Shown in pieces: positions 45,379 to 55,467 of a stretch of 61,172 bases of DNA. A program made the translations under genes and the position numbers. Position 1 is the first letter of the stretch; the number at the start of each line of letters is the position of its first letter. The notes beneath the pieces are model-generated. The model searched no databases, was not told the DNA's origin, and saw only the letters and a program-made list of their open reading frames with translations. Source of the stretch: Candidatus Nomurabacteria bacterium (GTDB lineage Bacteria; Patescibacteriota; Minisyncoccia; Phycocordibacterales; UBA9973); the NCBI GenBank assembly GCA_943350445.1, contig CALRAE010000003.1, positions 1 to 61,172 on the forward strand, in the 5' to 3' direction.

Positions 45379-46281
45379 ATGAAAAAAGAAATTGAAATTT
45401 TTATTTCAAAAGAGTGGCCAGCCTTACTGACGGATAAAAATGATTACGAGCTTCTCGACACCGGTGGTCGAGAGAGACTCGAGCGTTTTGGTAAGTATAC
45501 TTTTGTGCGTCCTTATAGTGATGCTGTTTGGGAAAGGACTTTATCAAATGAAGAGTGGAATAAAGCTGATGGTAAATTTTGGAGTACCAAGGAGGGTGCT
45601 AAGGGTGGATGGAATATGACGCACAAAGTTGAGTTTAAATGGGAAATGTCTTACAAAGATATAAAATTCCTAGCTTCGCCTACTCCATTTCGACATCTAG
45701 GATTTTTCCCCGAGCAGGTAAGTCATTGGGATTTTATAGAAAATACCATAAAAAATGCTGGACGACCTATCAAATTCTTGAATTTATTCGGTTACACTGG
45801 TGTGGCGAGCCTTTTTGCTTTGCGTGCGGGGGCAGAGGTTACACACTTAGATGCTTCAAAGCAAACTCTCGATTGGGCCAAAGAGAATCAAAATGTAGCG
45901 GGTTTAGATAAATTACCCATGCGGGTGATAGAAGATGATGCTATTAAATTTCTCGAAAGAGAAGAAAAAAGAGGTAACAAGTATGATGCCATAATAATGG
46001 ATCCGCCGAAATTTGGTAGAGGACCAAATGGGGAAGTTTGGAAAATAGAAGAAATGTTGCCGAAACTTCTATCCGCAGTAAGAAAAGTTTTAAGCGATAA
46101 ACCACTTTTTGTTATTTTGACTTCCTATGCCATTGATTCTTCTTCGCTTTCTCTCGGATACGCACTAGAAGCAATGATGAAAGATTTTGGTGGGGATGTT
46201 CAGGCTGGAGAGTTGTGTATCTTAGAAAAATCAAATAATCGCATTATTTCGCTTGCGAACACTGCCGTCTGGAGTGTATAA
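45379..46281 (+). CDS. class I SAM-dependent methyltransferase (RlmI/YwbD-like)
   Basis: Motif I-like LNLFGYTGVAS and the DPPKF motif. Confidence 0.6.
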   Translation: MKKEIEIFISKEWPALLTDKNDYELLDTGGRERLERFGKYTFVRPYSDAVWERTLSNEEWNKADGKFWSTKEGAKGGWNMTHKVEFKWEMSYKDIKFLASPTPFRHLGFFPEQVSHWDFIENTIKNAGRPIKFLNLFGYTGVASLFALRAGAEVTHLDASKQTLDWAKENQNVAGLDKLPMRVIEDDAIKFLEREEKRGNKYDAIIMDPPKFGRGPNGEVWKIEEMLPKLLSAVRKVLSDKPLFVILTSYAIDSSSLSLGYALEAMMKDFGGDVQAGELCILEKSNNRIISLANTAVWSV

Positions 46282-46288
46282 TTGATAT

Positions 46289-47332
46289 ATGTTAAATTAT
46301 TTGCCCTATATTCTCTATCTTTTTGTTCCACTCATAATCTTGGTCGCCATCGTCGTGGGTATCGTTGTATTTATTAATAATCGTAATAACACAAATAACA
46401 TGGATCCAACTCAAATAAAACCAAAAGCAAGCGCAAAAGATTTCTTTCTAAATCTTGGAGCTTTTATTTCGTTATATGTCTTAGTAGGTAATCTTCTAGG
46501 TTTATTGTTTACTATCATTAACACAGCTTATCCTAAAATCACTAACGGTTATAATTATTTTGGAAGTTCGTCAATCAGTTGGCCTGTTGCTACTTTAGTT
46601 GTACTCCTTCCAATTTTTATTCTTCTAATGTGGTTTTTAGAAAAGAGTTACAGAGTGGAGCCAGAAATGCAAAATAGTCTCATTCATAGAGGTCTTACAT
46701 ACATGACTCTTTTTATTTCCGGTTGTGTTGTTGCGGGGGATTTAATAACAGTTGTTTATTATTTTATTGATGGACAAGAATTGACCACAGGCTTTCTTTT
46801 GAAGGTCATAGTTCTACTTGTTATCTTTACTAGTCTATTTATCTACTACATTTCTGATCTCAGAAAAAAATTAACAAAAAACTCTAGAATAGTTTGGAGA
46901 ATCACTGCGTTAATAATCGTCATAGGATCAATTGTCTGGGGTTTTGCTGTTCTTGGTTCACCTCGAACACAGAGGTTATATAAATATGATGAGCAGAAAG
47001 TAAGTGACCTACAAAATATAAATAATCAAGTTACAAGTTTTTATTCTAATAAAGGAACTTTGCCACAAGACATAAGAGAAATAAATTCATATCAGAATAA
47101 TTATTATCCTGTTAAAGTTGACTCTCAAACTCAAAAATCATACGAGTATATGAAGACTTCTAACACAACATATAATCTCTGTGCAGAATTTAATAAAGAA
47201 TCAGTTGCTGATAAAAATAGTACGAACTTCTTATTCATATCCAATGGTGGATGGACACACCCCGCTGGGCACTATTGTTTTACAGAGACCATAAATCCAA
47301 ATATGTATTCTAAGGAAGTGCCTAGATACTAA
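46289..47332 (+). CDS. multi-pass membrane protein (possibly DUF5671-like)
   Basis: 347 aa with about 6 TM segments and a soluble C-terminal domain. The family name is tentative. Confidence 0.5.
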   Translation: MLNYLPYILYLFVPLIILVAIVVGIVVFINNRNNTNNMDPTQIKPKASAKDFFLNLGAFISLYVLVGNLLGLLFTIINTAYPKITNGYNYFGSSSISWPVATLVVLLPIFILLMWFLEKSYRVEPEMQNSLIHRGLTYMTLFISGCVVAGDLITVVYYFIDGQELTTGFLLKVIVLLVIFTSLFIYYISDLRKKLTKNSRIVWRITALIIVIGSIVWGFAVLGSPRTQRLYKYDEQKVSDLQNINNQVTSFYSNKGTLPQDIREINSYQNNYYPVKVDSQTQKSYEYMKTSNTTYNLCAEFNKESVADKNSTNFLFISNGGWTHPAGHYCFTETINPNMYSKEVPRY

Positions 47333-47400
47333 TAAAATATTTCTTTGAAATACAAAAAACCTCTTTGCATAAAGGCGGTTTTTTGTTTATTATGTAATGT

Positions 47401-49842
47401 ATGAAAGAATACGACCATAAAAAAATCGAAAAAAAGTGGCAGACTATTTGGGAGAAAAATGGGGTCTACTATGCAAAGGACCCAAAAAATAATAAGTCTA
47501 AGAAGCCAAAATATTATAGTCTAATTGAATTCCCATATCCGTCCGGAGACGGTTTGCATGTGGGGCATCCACGGCCGTATATCGGGATGGATATAATTTC
47601 TAGAAAGAGAAGGTTGCAAGGCTTTAATGTCTTGTATCCAATAGGTTGGGACGCTTTTGGTTTGCCGACGGAGAATTACGCTATAAAGACCGGCCTTGAT
47701 CCACGAGTGGTCACTAAGAAAAATACTGATACTTATCGTCGACAAATAAAATCACTCGGCATATCTTTCGATTGGTCACGAGAAATAAATACAACTGACC
47801 CAAAATACTATAAATGGACGCAGTGGATATTTTTGCAATTCTTGAAAAAGGACCTAGCATATAAGGCAAAGATGACTATAAATTGGTGTCCGAAGGATAA
47901 AATTGGACTTGCAAATGAAGAAGTTGTAAATGGATGTTGCGAACGCTGTGGGACGGTGGTAGAAAAAAGGGAGAAAGAGCAATGGATGCTCGCCATTACC
48001 AAATATGCCGATAGGCTTTATAAAGATTTGGATGATGTGGATTACCTACCACAAATAAAACTCGGACAGAGGAATTGGATAGGGAAGAGTGAAGGGGTAG
48101 AAGTGGATTTTAAAATAGTTTCCGCTAGGCAAGGCCTTACGGAGGAGAGTGCAAAAGTGTTTACCACTCGGCCAGACACTATTTTTGGGGTGACTTATTT
48201 AGTGCTTGCGCCGGAACATAATTTAGTTCAAAAATTAAAATCTGAAATTACTAATTGGGATGAAGTACTACGATATATCGTAGCAAATAAAAAAAAGACC
48301 GATGTTGAACGTACCGCAGAAAATAAAGAAAAAACAGGTATAGAACTCAAGGGTATAAAAGTCATAAATCCAGGCAATACACAGGCGTTGCCTGTGTGGA
48401 TAGCGGATTATGTCCTTGCAGGTTATGGCACGGGAGCCATCATGGCTGTGCCAGCAGATGATGTTCGTGATAAGGAGTTCGCAGAAAAATATAAATTACC
48501 AATTGTTGAAAATTATGAGAAGGCGGGTTTTGAAGATTACGGAAAAAGAATTACGAAATTTAAACTTCGAGACTGGATATTTTCTCGTCAGCGATATTGG
48601 GGTGAGCCTATACCTGTGATAAATTGCGAAAAATGTGGGCTTGTGCCAGTGCCGGAAAAAGACTTGCCAGTGGAGCTACCAAAAGTGAAGAATTACCAGC
48701 CGACGGATTCAGGGGAATCCCCACTTGCAAACATTGCAAAATGGGTAAATGTGAAGTGTCCGCAGTGTAGGGGTAAGGCAAAGAGAGAAACTGACACGAT
48801 GCCAAACTGGGCGGGGAGCTCTTGGTATTATCTTCGGTATATTGATCCAAATAATAGTAAACAGTTTGCGTCACCCAAGAATCTCTATTATTGGTCGGAT
48901 TCTAAGCTAAAAGCTGGTCTAGTGGATTGGTATAACGGAGGCAACGAGCATACTACTCTTCACCTTTTATATTCTCGTTTTTGGCATAAATTCCTATATG
49001 ATTTAAAGCTTGTACCCACAAATGAACCGTATGTGAAGCGTACTTCACATGGCATGATTCTCGGTGAAGGGGGAGTAAAAATGTCAAAATCACTTGGTAA
49101 TGTGATCAATCCAGACGACATAGTAAAAACATATGGCGCAGATACACTGCGTGTCTATGAGATGTTCATGGGGCCCTTTAATCAATCTGTCGCTTGGTCT
49201 ACAGAGAGTATTATAGGTTCACGCAGGTTTATAGAAAAAGTTTGGCGGATAGGACAGAAGACCATCACTTCTTCCGTTCCGAGAAGTGTTCCAGAGAAAA
49301 ATTCTCCCACCTTCGCCCTCGGAGACAAGAGGACAGGACTGCTTCAGCAGGTGATACACGGCTCCTTGAATTTATCTCCGGAACACCTCTCGAGGCTTCT
49401 CCACAAAACAATAAAAAAAGTATCAGAAGATATAGAGGGGATGCATTTCAATACAGCGATCTCTTCAATGATGATTCTCGCAACAGAGATGGAAAAAAAA
49501 CAAAATATTTCTATTGAGGATTTCAAAATGTTTTTGCAAATACTTTCACCATTCGCTCCACATATTACAGAGGAACTTTGGAGCTCGCTTGGAGAAAAAA
49601 AGTCCATAAATATTTCAGAGTGGCCAAAATGGGATGTAGCTTTAATGCAAAATGAAGAGATAAAAATTATTTTACAGATAAATGGCAAGATAAGAGCAGA
49701 AATTTTCATACAAGCTGAAGAAAAAGAAGAAAATATTAAAGAGAAAGCGCTCAAAAATGAGGTTATTTTAAGGCATATGGCTGGTAAAGATGTGAAAAGG
49801 GTGATTTATGTCAAAAATCGACTTATCAACATAGTGGTTTAG
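47401..49842 (+). CDS. leuS: leucine--tRNA ligase
   Basis: HVGH (HIGH) and KMSKS motifs, plus an editing-domain insertion. 813 aa. Confidence 0.95.
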   Translation: MKEYDHKKIEKKWQTIWEKNGVYYAKDPKNNKSKKPKYYSLIEFPYPSGDGLHVGHPRPYIGMDIISRKRRLQGFNVLYPIGWDAFGLPTENYAIKTGLDPRVVTKKNTDTYRRQIKSLGISFDWSREINTTDPKYYKWTQWIFLQFLKKDLAYKAKMTINWCPKDKIGLANEEVVNGCCERCGTVVEKREKEQWMLAITKYADRLYKDLDDVDYLPQIKLGQRNWIGKSEGVEVDFKIVSARQGLTEESAKVFTTRPDTIFGVTYLVLAPEHNLVQKLKSEITNWDEVLRYIVANKKKTDVERTAENKEKTGIELKGIKVINPGNTQALPVWIADYVLAGYGTGAIMAVPADDVRDKEFAEKYKLPIVENYEKAGFEDYGKRITKFKLRDWIFSRQRYWGEPIPVINCEKCGLVPVPEKDLPVELPKVKNYQPTDSGESPLANIAKWVNVKCPQCRGKAKRETDTMPNWAGSSWYYLRYIDPNNSKQFASPKNLYYWSDSKLKAGLVDWYNGGNEHTTLHLLYSRFWHKFLYDLKLVPTNEPYVKRTSHGMILGEGGVKMSKSLGNVINPDDIVKTYGADTLRVYEMFMGPFNQSVAWSTESIIGSRRFIEKVWRIGQKTITSSVPRSVPEKNSPTFALGDKRTGLLQQVIHGSLNLSPEHLSRLLHKTIKKVSEDIEGMHFNTAISSMMILATEMEKKQNISIEDFKMFLQILSPFAPHITEELWSSLGEKKSINISEWPKWDVALMQNEEIKIILQINGKIRAEIFIQAEEKEENIKEKALKNEVILRHMAGKDVKRVIYVKNRLINIVV

Positions 49843-49878
49843 TTGCTTTTTGAAATTGACATATAGTATAATTGACGG

Positions 49879-51990
49879 ATGAAAACAAATATATTTGATA
49901 GGATTTCTTTCGTGTCATTATTTTTAGTAATAGTTTTACTCCCAGTTTTCTTTTTACCTTTTACTAATATTCCTATCGAAACTTCTAAAGGTTTACTTTT
50001 GGTGGTCGGACTCACTGTCTCAGTTATTTGTTGGGGTCTAGCTCGTTTTTTTGACGGAAAAATAACCCTTCCAAGATCTGCAACATTACTTGCGGGCGGA
50101 GGAGTTGTGCTTGCTTTTCTTTTGTCAGCTTCTTTCATGAAAGATTCCGAGGTTGCTTTCTTTGGTACAATGTTTGATGTTGGCACCTTCTGGTTCATTT
50201 TTGCTGCTTTCTTGTTGATGTTTATGTCTTCAATCATTTTACGAGATCCAAAGAAGGCTAAGATAGTTTTATTTGGTTCAATATTGTCTGGTGCTGTACT
50301 TTTGGTTTTCCAGGCTGTTCGTTTATTGCTACCCGATATCTTATCTCTTGGAGTTTTAGCTTCTAAGTCTGACAACCTCTTGGGTTCATGGAATGCACTT
50401 GGTATTTTCGCAGGTTTTTCAGCTTTGATGTCTCTTCTTATTGTTGAATTTTTCCCAACTACAAAGGTAGAGAAACGGCTACTTCAAGCATTAGCAGTGC
50501 TTTCAATGATAGTTATCGCAGCTGTCAACTTCCAGTTCGTGTGGCAGCTTCTTGGTATTTTTGCTCTAATTATTTTCGTTTACAAAATTTCTATTTCTTT
50601 AAAGGAAAAGAATACAGAAAGTGCTAGTAATACCAAAGATAATTTTCCAGTTTTTTCTTTTGTGATAATTATGGTTACGCTCTTATTTTTCATGTCTGCA
50701 CGATTTATTGGAGGTATCTTGCCAAACTATTTAGAGGTCCCAAATATTGAAGTTAACCCTTCTTTTAATGCTACAATGGGTGTGACTAAGTCTGTACTCA
50801 CAGAACACCCTATGTTTGGTATGGGTCCAAATAAGTTCGGGGCTGCATGGGCAATGTATAAACCAATCAACATAAACAATACAATTAATGGTAATGAATA
50901 TTGGGGCACTACTTTTAATTCTAGTTCAGGTTTGATTCCAACTTTTGCGGCTACTACAGGTGCTGTAGGCATACTTACCCTCCTCACTTTCTTCATTTTA
51001 TTGATCGTGGCTGGTGTTAAGTCTATTTTCTCTAGTATCAAGAATGGGTCAAACTGGGAGACAATGGCATTTTTCGTACTATCTCTCTACTTATTTGTTT
51101 CCTGTTTCTTCTATTCGGCAGGGGCGGTAGTGTTCTTGTTGGCGCTTGCTTTTGCAGGTATTTTCATCGGACTCTCTTCTTCTTTACACCACAAGGGAGA
51201 AATTTCATTCTCTTACTTAAATGATCATAGAAAGAGTTTCTTTTCGATATTGTTTATTGTTATCATGTTGATAGCAGCAGCAGCTGTTTCATTTAAATAC
51301 ATAGAACGTCTCGTGTCTGTCTCATATTTTTCCAAGGCTGTTACAGCGTCAGATATATCACTTGCAGAATCTTCGATCTCTAAGGCTCTCACATTTCATC
51401 AGAATGATTTGTATTTGCGTACTTATGCACAGGTGTACCTTGTTAAATTAAATTCAATTGTAGCTAAAGATGCTACCACCCTTTCTGACGAAGACAAAGC
51501 AACACTACAATCTAGTTTAGAACAGGCAGTAAGTGGAGCCCAGCTCGCGATTAATTATGATCCTACAAATTATTTGAATCACCAAGCTCTTGGTTCTATA
51601 TATCAAAGACTTGCTTCTGTTGGAGTCAAAGATGTATATAGTAAATCAATTGAATCTTATGCTAAAGCTTCTGCTTTAAACCCAAAGAATCCAGGTATCA
51701 AATTAAACATGGCTAGCGTATCTATGGCTGACAAGAAAGTCAAAGAAGCTAAGGAATATGCTAGTGCTGCGGTTGCCCTCAAGCCAGATTATATCGATGC
51801 TTATATTATTCTATCTCAGATCGCAAAAGAAGAGGGTGATAATGCTGCTGCGCTTTCTTATGCACAGACTGCTCTATCTATTTCTCCAACCAACAAAGAC
51901 TTGATAAAGTACGCTGACTCTTTCAAGGTTAGTACTCCAGCTCCTACTTCAGATTCAATCAAAGCTTCAACTACTACCAAAAAGAAATAA
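49879..51990 (+). CDS. O-antigen ligase/polymerase-like polytopic membrane protein with a C-terminal TPR domain
   Basis: About 12 TM segments followed by TPR-like repeats (AKASALNPKNP..., AVALKPDYIDAY...). Confidence 0.55.
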   Translation: MKTNIFDRISFVSLFLVIVLLPVFFLPFTNIPIETSKGLLLVVGLTVSVICWGLARFFDGKITLPRSATLLAGGGVVLAFLLSASFMKDSEVAFFGTMFDVGTFWFIFAAFLLMFMSSIILRDPKKAKIVLFGSILSGAVLLVFQAVRLLLPDILSLGVLASKSDNLLGSWNALGIFAGFSALMSLLIVEFFPTTKVEKRLLQALAVLSMIVIAAVNFQFVWQLLGIFALIIFVYKISISLKEKNTESASNTKDNFPVFSFVIIMVTLLFFMSARFIGGILPNYLEVPNIEVNPSFNATMGVTKSVLTEHPMFGMGPNKFGAAWAMYKPININNTINGNEYWGTTFNSSSGLIPTFAATTGAVGILTLLTFFILLIVAGVKSIFSSIKNGSNWETMAFFVLSLYLFVSCFFYSAGAVVFLLALAFAGIFIGLSSSLHHKGEISFSYLNDHRKSFFSILFIVIMLIAAAAVSFKYIERLVSVSYFSKAVTASDISLAESSISKALTFHQNDLYLRTYAQVYLVKLNSIVAKDATTLSDEDKATLQSSLEQAVSGAQLAINYDPTNYLNHQALGSIYQRLASVGVKDVYSKSIESYAKASALNPKNPGIKLNMASVSMADKKVKEAKEYASAAVALKPDYIDAYIILSQIAKEEGDNAAALSYAQTALSISPTNKDLIKYADSFKVSTPAPTSDSIKASTTTKKK

Positions 51991-53670
51991 ATGGAGAAAA
52001 TATTCAGGATCTTCAGTAAAGAATCTGTAAACATAAATCAAGCAGCGCTTCTTTTGGGTTTTTTCACACTACTTTCTCAGATTTTAGCGCTGTTTCGTGA
52101 TCGTTCGATTGCGCACTTCATTGGTCCGTCATCGTCTCTAGACGCTTATTATGCTGCTTTTCGTGTTCCAGATCTTATATTTATTTCTATTGCTTCTCTT
52201 GCCTCTGTCACTGTGCTAGTGCCATTTATTACAGCCAAGATGAATGGTGATACAGTGACAGAAGAAGCAAAAAAATATTTAAACGATATTTTCACTGTTT
52301 TTCTTCTAGTTATGGTTGTCGTCTCTGTCTTTGCTTTCTTTTTAATGCCATATTTAGCTCCACTTATTGCTCCGGGATTTACACCTGTTTTTCAAGAAAA
52401 ATTAATAATGCTTTCGCGCATCATGTTGCTCTCTCCAATACTTTTAGGACTTTCGAATTTGTTTGGAACAGTCACTCAATTATTTAGAAAGTTTTTCATG
52501 TATGCCTTAAGCCCTATTTTCTACAATATAGGCATTATTATCGGTGTGGTATTTCTCTATCCTGCTTTAGGGATATATGGACTTGCCCTCGGGGTGGTGC
52601 TTGGTGCATTTATGCACTTCGCCATACAGGTCGTAGCATCAAAGTCGTGTGGATTTGCGCCCAGATTTTCTTTCCCTATTAATTATGCAGATATAAAAAG
52701 TATTGCTCTGACGTCACTTCCTAGGACTCTTGGGCTTTCTTTTAACAATATTGCTCTGATCTACATTATCGCTGGAGCTTCTTTTCTAAAAAGTGGCTCT
52801 ATTTCAGTATTCAACTTTGCTTTTAATCTTCAGTCGGTACCGCTTAATATTATTGGTATTTCATATGCAGTGGCAGCTTTTCCAACTTTAGCCAAGTCTG
52901 TGTCTTTGGGTAAAATGGAAGAATTTAAAATGCACTTAAAATCTGCTGCGCGGGCAATAGTCTTCTGGTCTTTACCAGTTATATTTCTCTTTATTGTGGT
53001 TCGTGCACAGATCGTGCGCGTGATACTCGGGTCAGGGGGGTTTTCTTGGGAGAATACCCGTCTGGTGGCAGCATGTCTCGCCATTTTCTCTGTATCTATC
53101 ATGGCACAAGGGATGATCACCCTTCTTTCTCGTTCTTATTATGCGGTGGGTAATACCAAGCGTCCGCTAATGATTAATTTATTTTCTTCCGTGGTGATTA
53201 TAGTTTTGGCTTATTCTCTTACTCATTTATTTCAGAATGCTGATATGTTTCGTTATTTCATCGAAGCTTTGTTTAAGGTGAGTGACATACCAGGTACAGC
53301 AGTGTTGATGTTGCCGCTCGCTTATTCTGCTGGTACTATTTTAAATTTTATTTTGCAATGGTTCTTTATTAAGAAAGATTTTATGCCAAAGGAAACATTC
53401 ATTTCTAAAACCTTTTTCCAAAGCCTAGGAGCTTCTTTCTTTTTAGGGCTTGTCTCTTACATTGGTCTAAATATACTATCTCCAATTTTTGGCACAACCA
53501 CACTTATTGGGGTTTTCCTGCAAGGCTTCATTTCTGGTATTTTTGGCATATTGGCAGCTATTTTAGTTCTTTATTTACTTAAAAATGAAGAACTGAGCTA
53601 CTTGTTTGAAACATTTAAAACTAAATTCTGGCGCGCAAAGGTTGTCGCTCCATCTCAAGAAGGGCTTTAA
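51991..53670 (+). CDS. murJ: lipid II flippase MurJ/MviN
   Basis: 559 aa and polytopic, with the N-terminal block LLSQILALFRDRSIAHFIG....DAYYAAFRVPD. Confidence 0.85.
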   Translation: MEKIFRIFSKESVNINQAALLLGFFTLLSQILALFRDRSIAHFIGPSSSLDAYYAAFRVPDLIFISIASLASVTVLVPFITAKMNGDTVTEEAKKYLNDIFTVFLLVMVVVSVFAFFLMPYLAPLIAPGFTPVFQEKLIMLSRIMLLSPILLGLSNLFGTVTQLFRKFFMYALSPIFYNIGIIIGVVFLYPALGIYGLALGVVLGAFMHFAIQVVASKSCGFAPRFSFPINYADIKSIALTSLPRTLGLSFNNIALIYIIAGASFLKSGSISVFNFAFNLQSVPLNIIGISYAVAAFPTLAKSVSLGKMEEFKMHLKSAARAIVFWSLPVIFLFIVVRAQIVRVILGSGGFSWENTRLVAACLAIFSVSIMAQGMITLLSRSYYAVGNTKRPLMINLFSSVVIIVLAYSLTHLFQNADMFRYFIEALFKVSDIPGTAVLMLPLAYSAGTILNFILQWFFIKKDFMPKETFISKTFFQSLGASFFLGLVSYIGLNILSPIFGTTTLIGVFLQGFISGIFGILAAILVLYLLKNEELSYLFETFKTKFWRAKVVAPSQEGL

Positions 53671-53701
53671 TATATTGGTTTTTTCTGTTAGTATGTAAAG
53701 T

Positions 53702-55459
53702 ATGCTTTTTGGCAAGATTTTTCATTATTATTGGCAGCAAATCAGGAAATACAAGTTGTCCTTTTATTTTACATTCATTACTTATGGCATAGCGGTGGTT
53801 ATTTCGAGTATTATAAATCCATTCTTGTATAAGAATGTTATTGATCTAATTTCTAGCTCAGTGCCGAGCATCGAATTAAGCGAAGAATTATTTCGTTATG
53901 TTTTTTTTATTGTGTTTTCGGTGGTCGGTTATAATATTTTTTATAGAGCAGGAGATTACTTAATCACACACTTTCAATCAAATGTAATTAGGGAAATACA
54001 CAATGATACCTTTAGCCGTTTAATGAATCATTCGTATCGTTTTTTTTCCAATCACTTTTCTGGAAGTCTTGTCTCAAAGTCAAAAAGATTTGCTGCTTCT
54101 TTTGAGAGAATAAGTGAGGTTATAAGTTTCAATCTTTGGTTTACATTTATACATTTCACTGGGGTGTTTGTCATTTTATTTTTTAATGCTCCATTGGTGG
54201 CCTATATAATTTTAGGTTGGGCGATAATCTATATTCTCATTACGTTGTTGTTTATTAATAAAAAAGTCAGGTATGACTTGATGGAAGCCGAAGCGGATTC
54301 CAAGGTAACTGGACATTTTGCAGATTCTTTTACTAATATTTTAAATATCAAAATATTTTCCAATAGAGAAAATGAGTATGCATCTTTTAAAGATATAACT
54401 TTTGATGAATATGGTAAACGTGCTAAAGCTTGGGGTTTTGCGAATTTTCAGAATACTATTCAGGGTATTTTAATGGCGATACTTCAAATCGTGGTTCTTT
54501 TTGTTGTAGTAAAGATGTGGCTTGCTGGATCTATCACTACTGGTATGGTTGTTTTAATTCAAATTTATATGTTTGCCTCCCTTGATCATTTATGGGAATT
54601 AGGAAAATCAATGACAAGGTTGTTTAAGTCGATGGCCGATGCTAAAGAGATGGTCGATATTTTTGAAGAAAAGTCTGATATTGTAGACGTGGTAAATCCC
54701 GAAAAATGTATAATCTCAAAAGGTAATATAAGTTTTAAAAAAATAAACTTTGAATATATAAAGGATTACGCAGTTTTTAATGATTTTGAGTTTAATATAA
54801 AATCTGGAGAAAAGGTGGGCCTGGTGGGGCATTCTGGTTCTGGTAAATCGACAATTGTTAAAATACTTTTGCGTTTTGCTGATGTTAAAGGTGGTGAGGT
54901 ATTGATTGATGGACAAAATATAGCCAGTATTAGGCAGGATGATCTACGGCAGACCATATCTTATGTACCACAAGAGTCGATCTTGTTTCATAGGAGTATT
55001 AAGGAAAATATTGGTTATTCAAAAAATGGTTCAAGTAATGAAGAAATTATTGAGGCAGCTAAAAAAGCTCATGCTCATGAGTTTGTTTCAAAATTACCAC
55101 ATGGATACAATACTTTTGTTGGTGAGCGTGGGGTTAAACTTTCAGGTGGGGAACGTCAGAGGATAGCGATAGCTAGGGCGATGTTAAAAGATGCCCCGAT
55201 TTTAATTCTCGATGAAGCGACAAGTTCACTGGATAGTATTAGCGAGTCATATATTCAAGATGCCTTCAATGAGCTGATGAAGGATAAGACCACGATAGTC
55301 ATAGCTCACAGACTTTCGACCATTCAAAAGATGGATAGGATTGTGGTTCTTGACAAAGGTAAAATTGTCGAAGAAGGAACACATAAAGAACTTCTAGAAA
55401 AAAATGGTTTTTATGCTGAGCTTTGGAGTCATCAGACAGGAGGATTTTTGGAAGAGTAA
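53702..55459 (+). CDS. ABC transporter, fused permease/ATPase (MsbA-like exporter)
   Basis: Six TM helices plus an NBD with [17 protein letters not shown] and ILILDEATS. Confidence 0.85.
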   Translation: MLFGKIFHYYWQQIRKYKLSFYFTFITYGIAVVISSIINPFLYKNVIDLISSSVPSIELSEELFRYVFFIVFSVVGYNIFYRAGDYLITHFQSNVIREIHNDTFSRLMNHSYRFFSNHFSGSLVSKSKRFAASFERISEVISFNLWFTFIHFTGVFVILFFNAPLVAYIILGWAIIYILITLLFINKKVRYDLMEAEADSKVTGHFADSFTNILNIKIFSNRENEYASFKDITFDEYGKRAKAWGFANFQNTIQGILMAILQIVVLFVVVKMWLAGSITTGMVVLIQIYMFASLDHLWELGKSMTRLFKSMADAKEMVDIFEEKSDIVDVVNPEKCIISKGNISFKKINFEYIKDYAVFNDFEFNIKSGEKVGLVGHSGSGKSTIVKILLRFADVKGGEVLIDGQNIASIRQDDLRQTISYVPQESILFHRSIKENIGYSKNGSSNEEIIEAAKKAHAHEFVSKLPHGYNTFVGERGVKLSGGERQRIAIARAMLKDAPILILDEATSSLDSISESYIQDAFNELMKDKTTIVIAHRLSTIQKMDRIVVLDKGKIVEEGTHKELLEKNGFYAELWSHQTGGFLEE

Positions 55460-55467
55460 AATAATTT

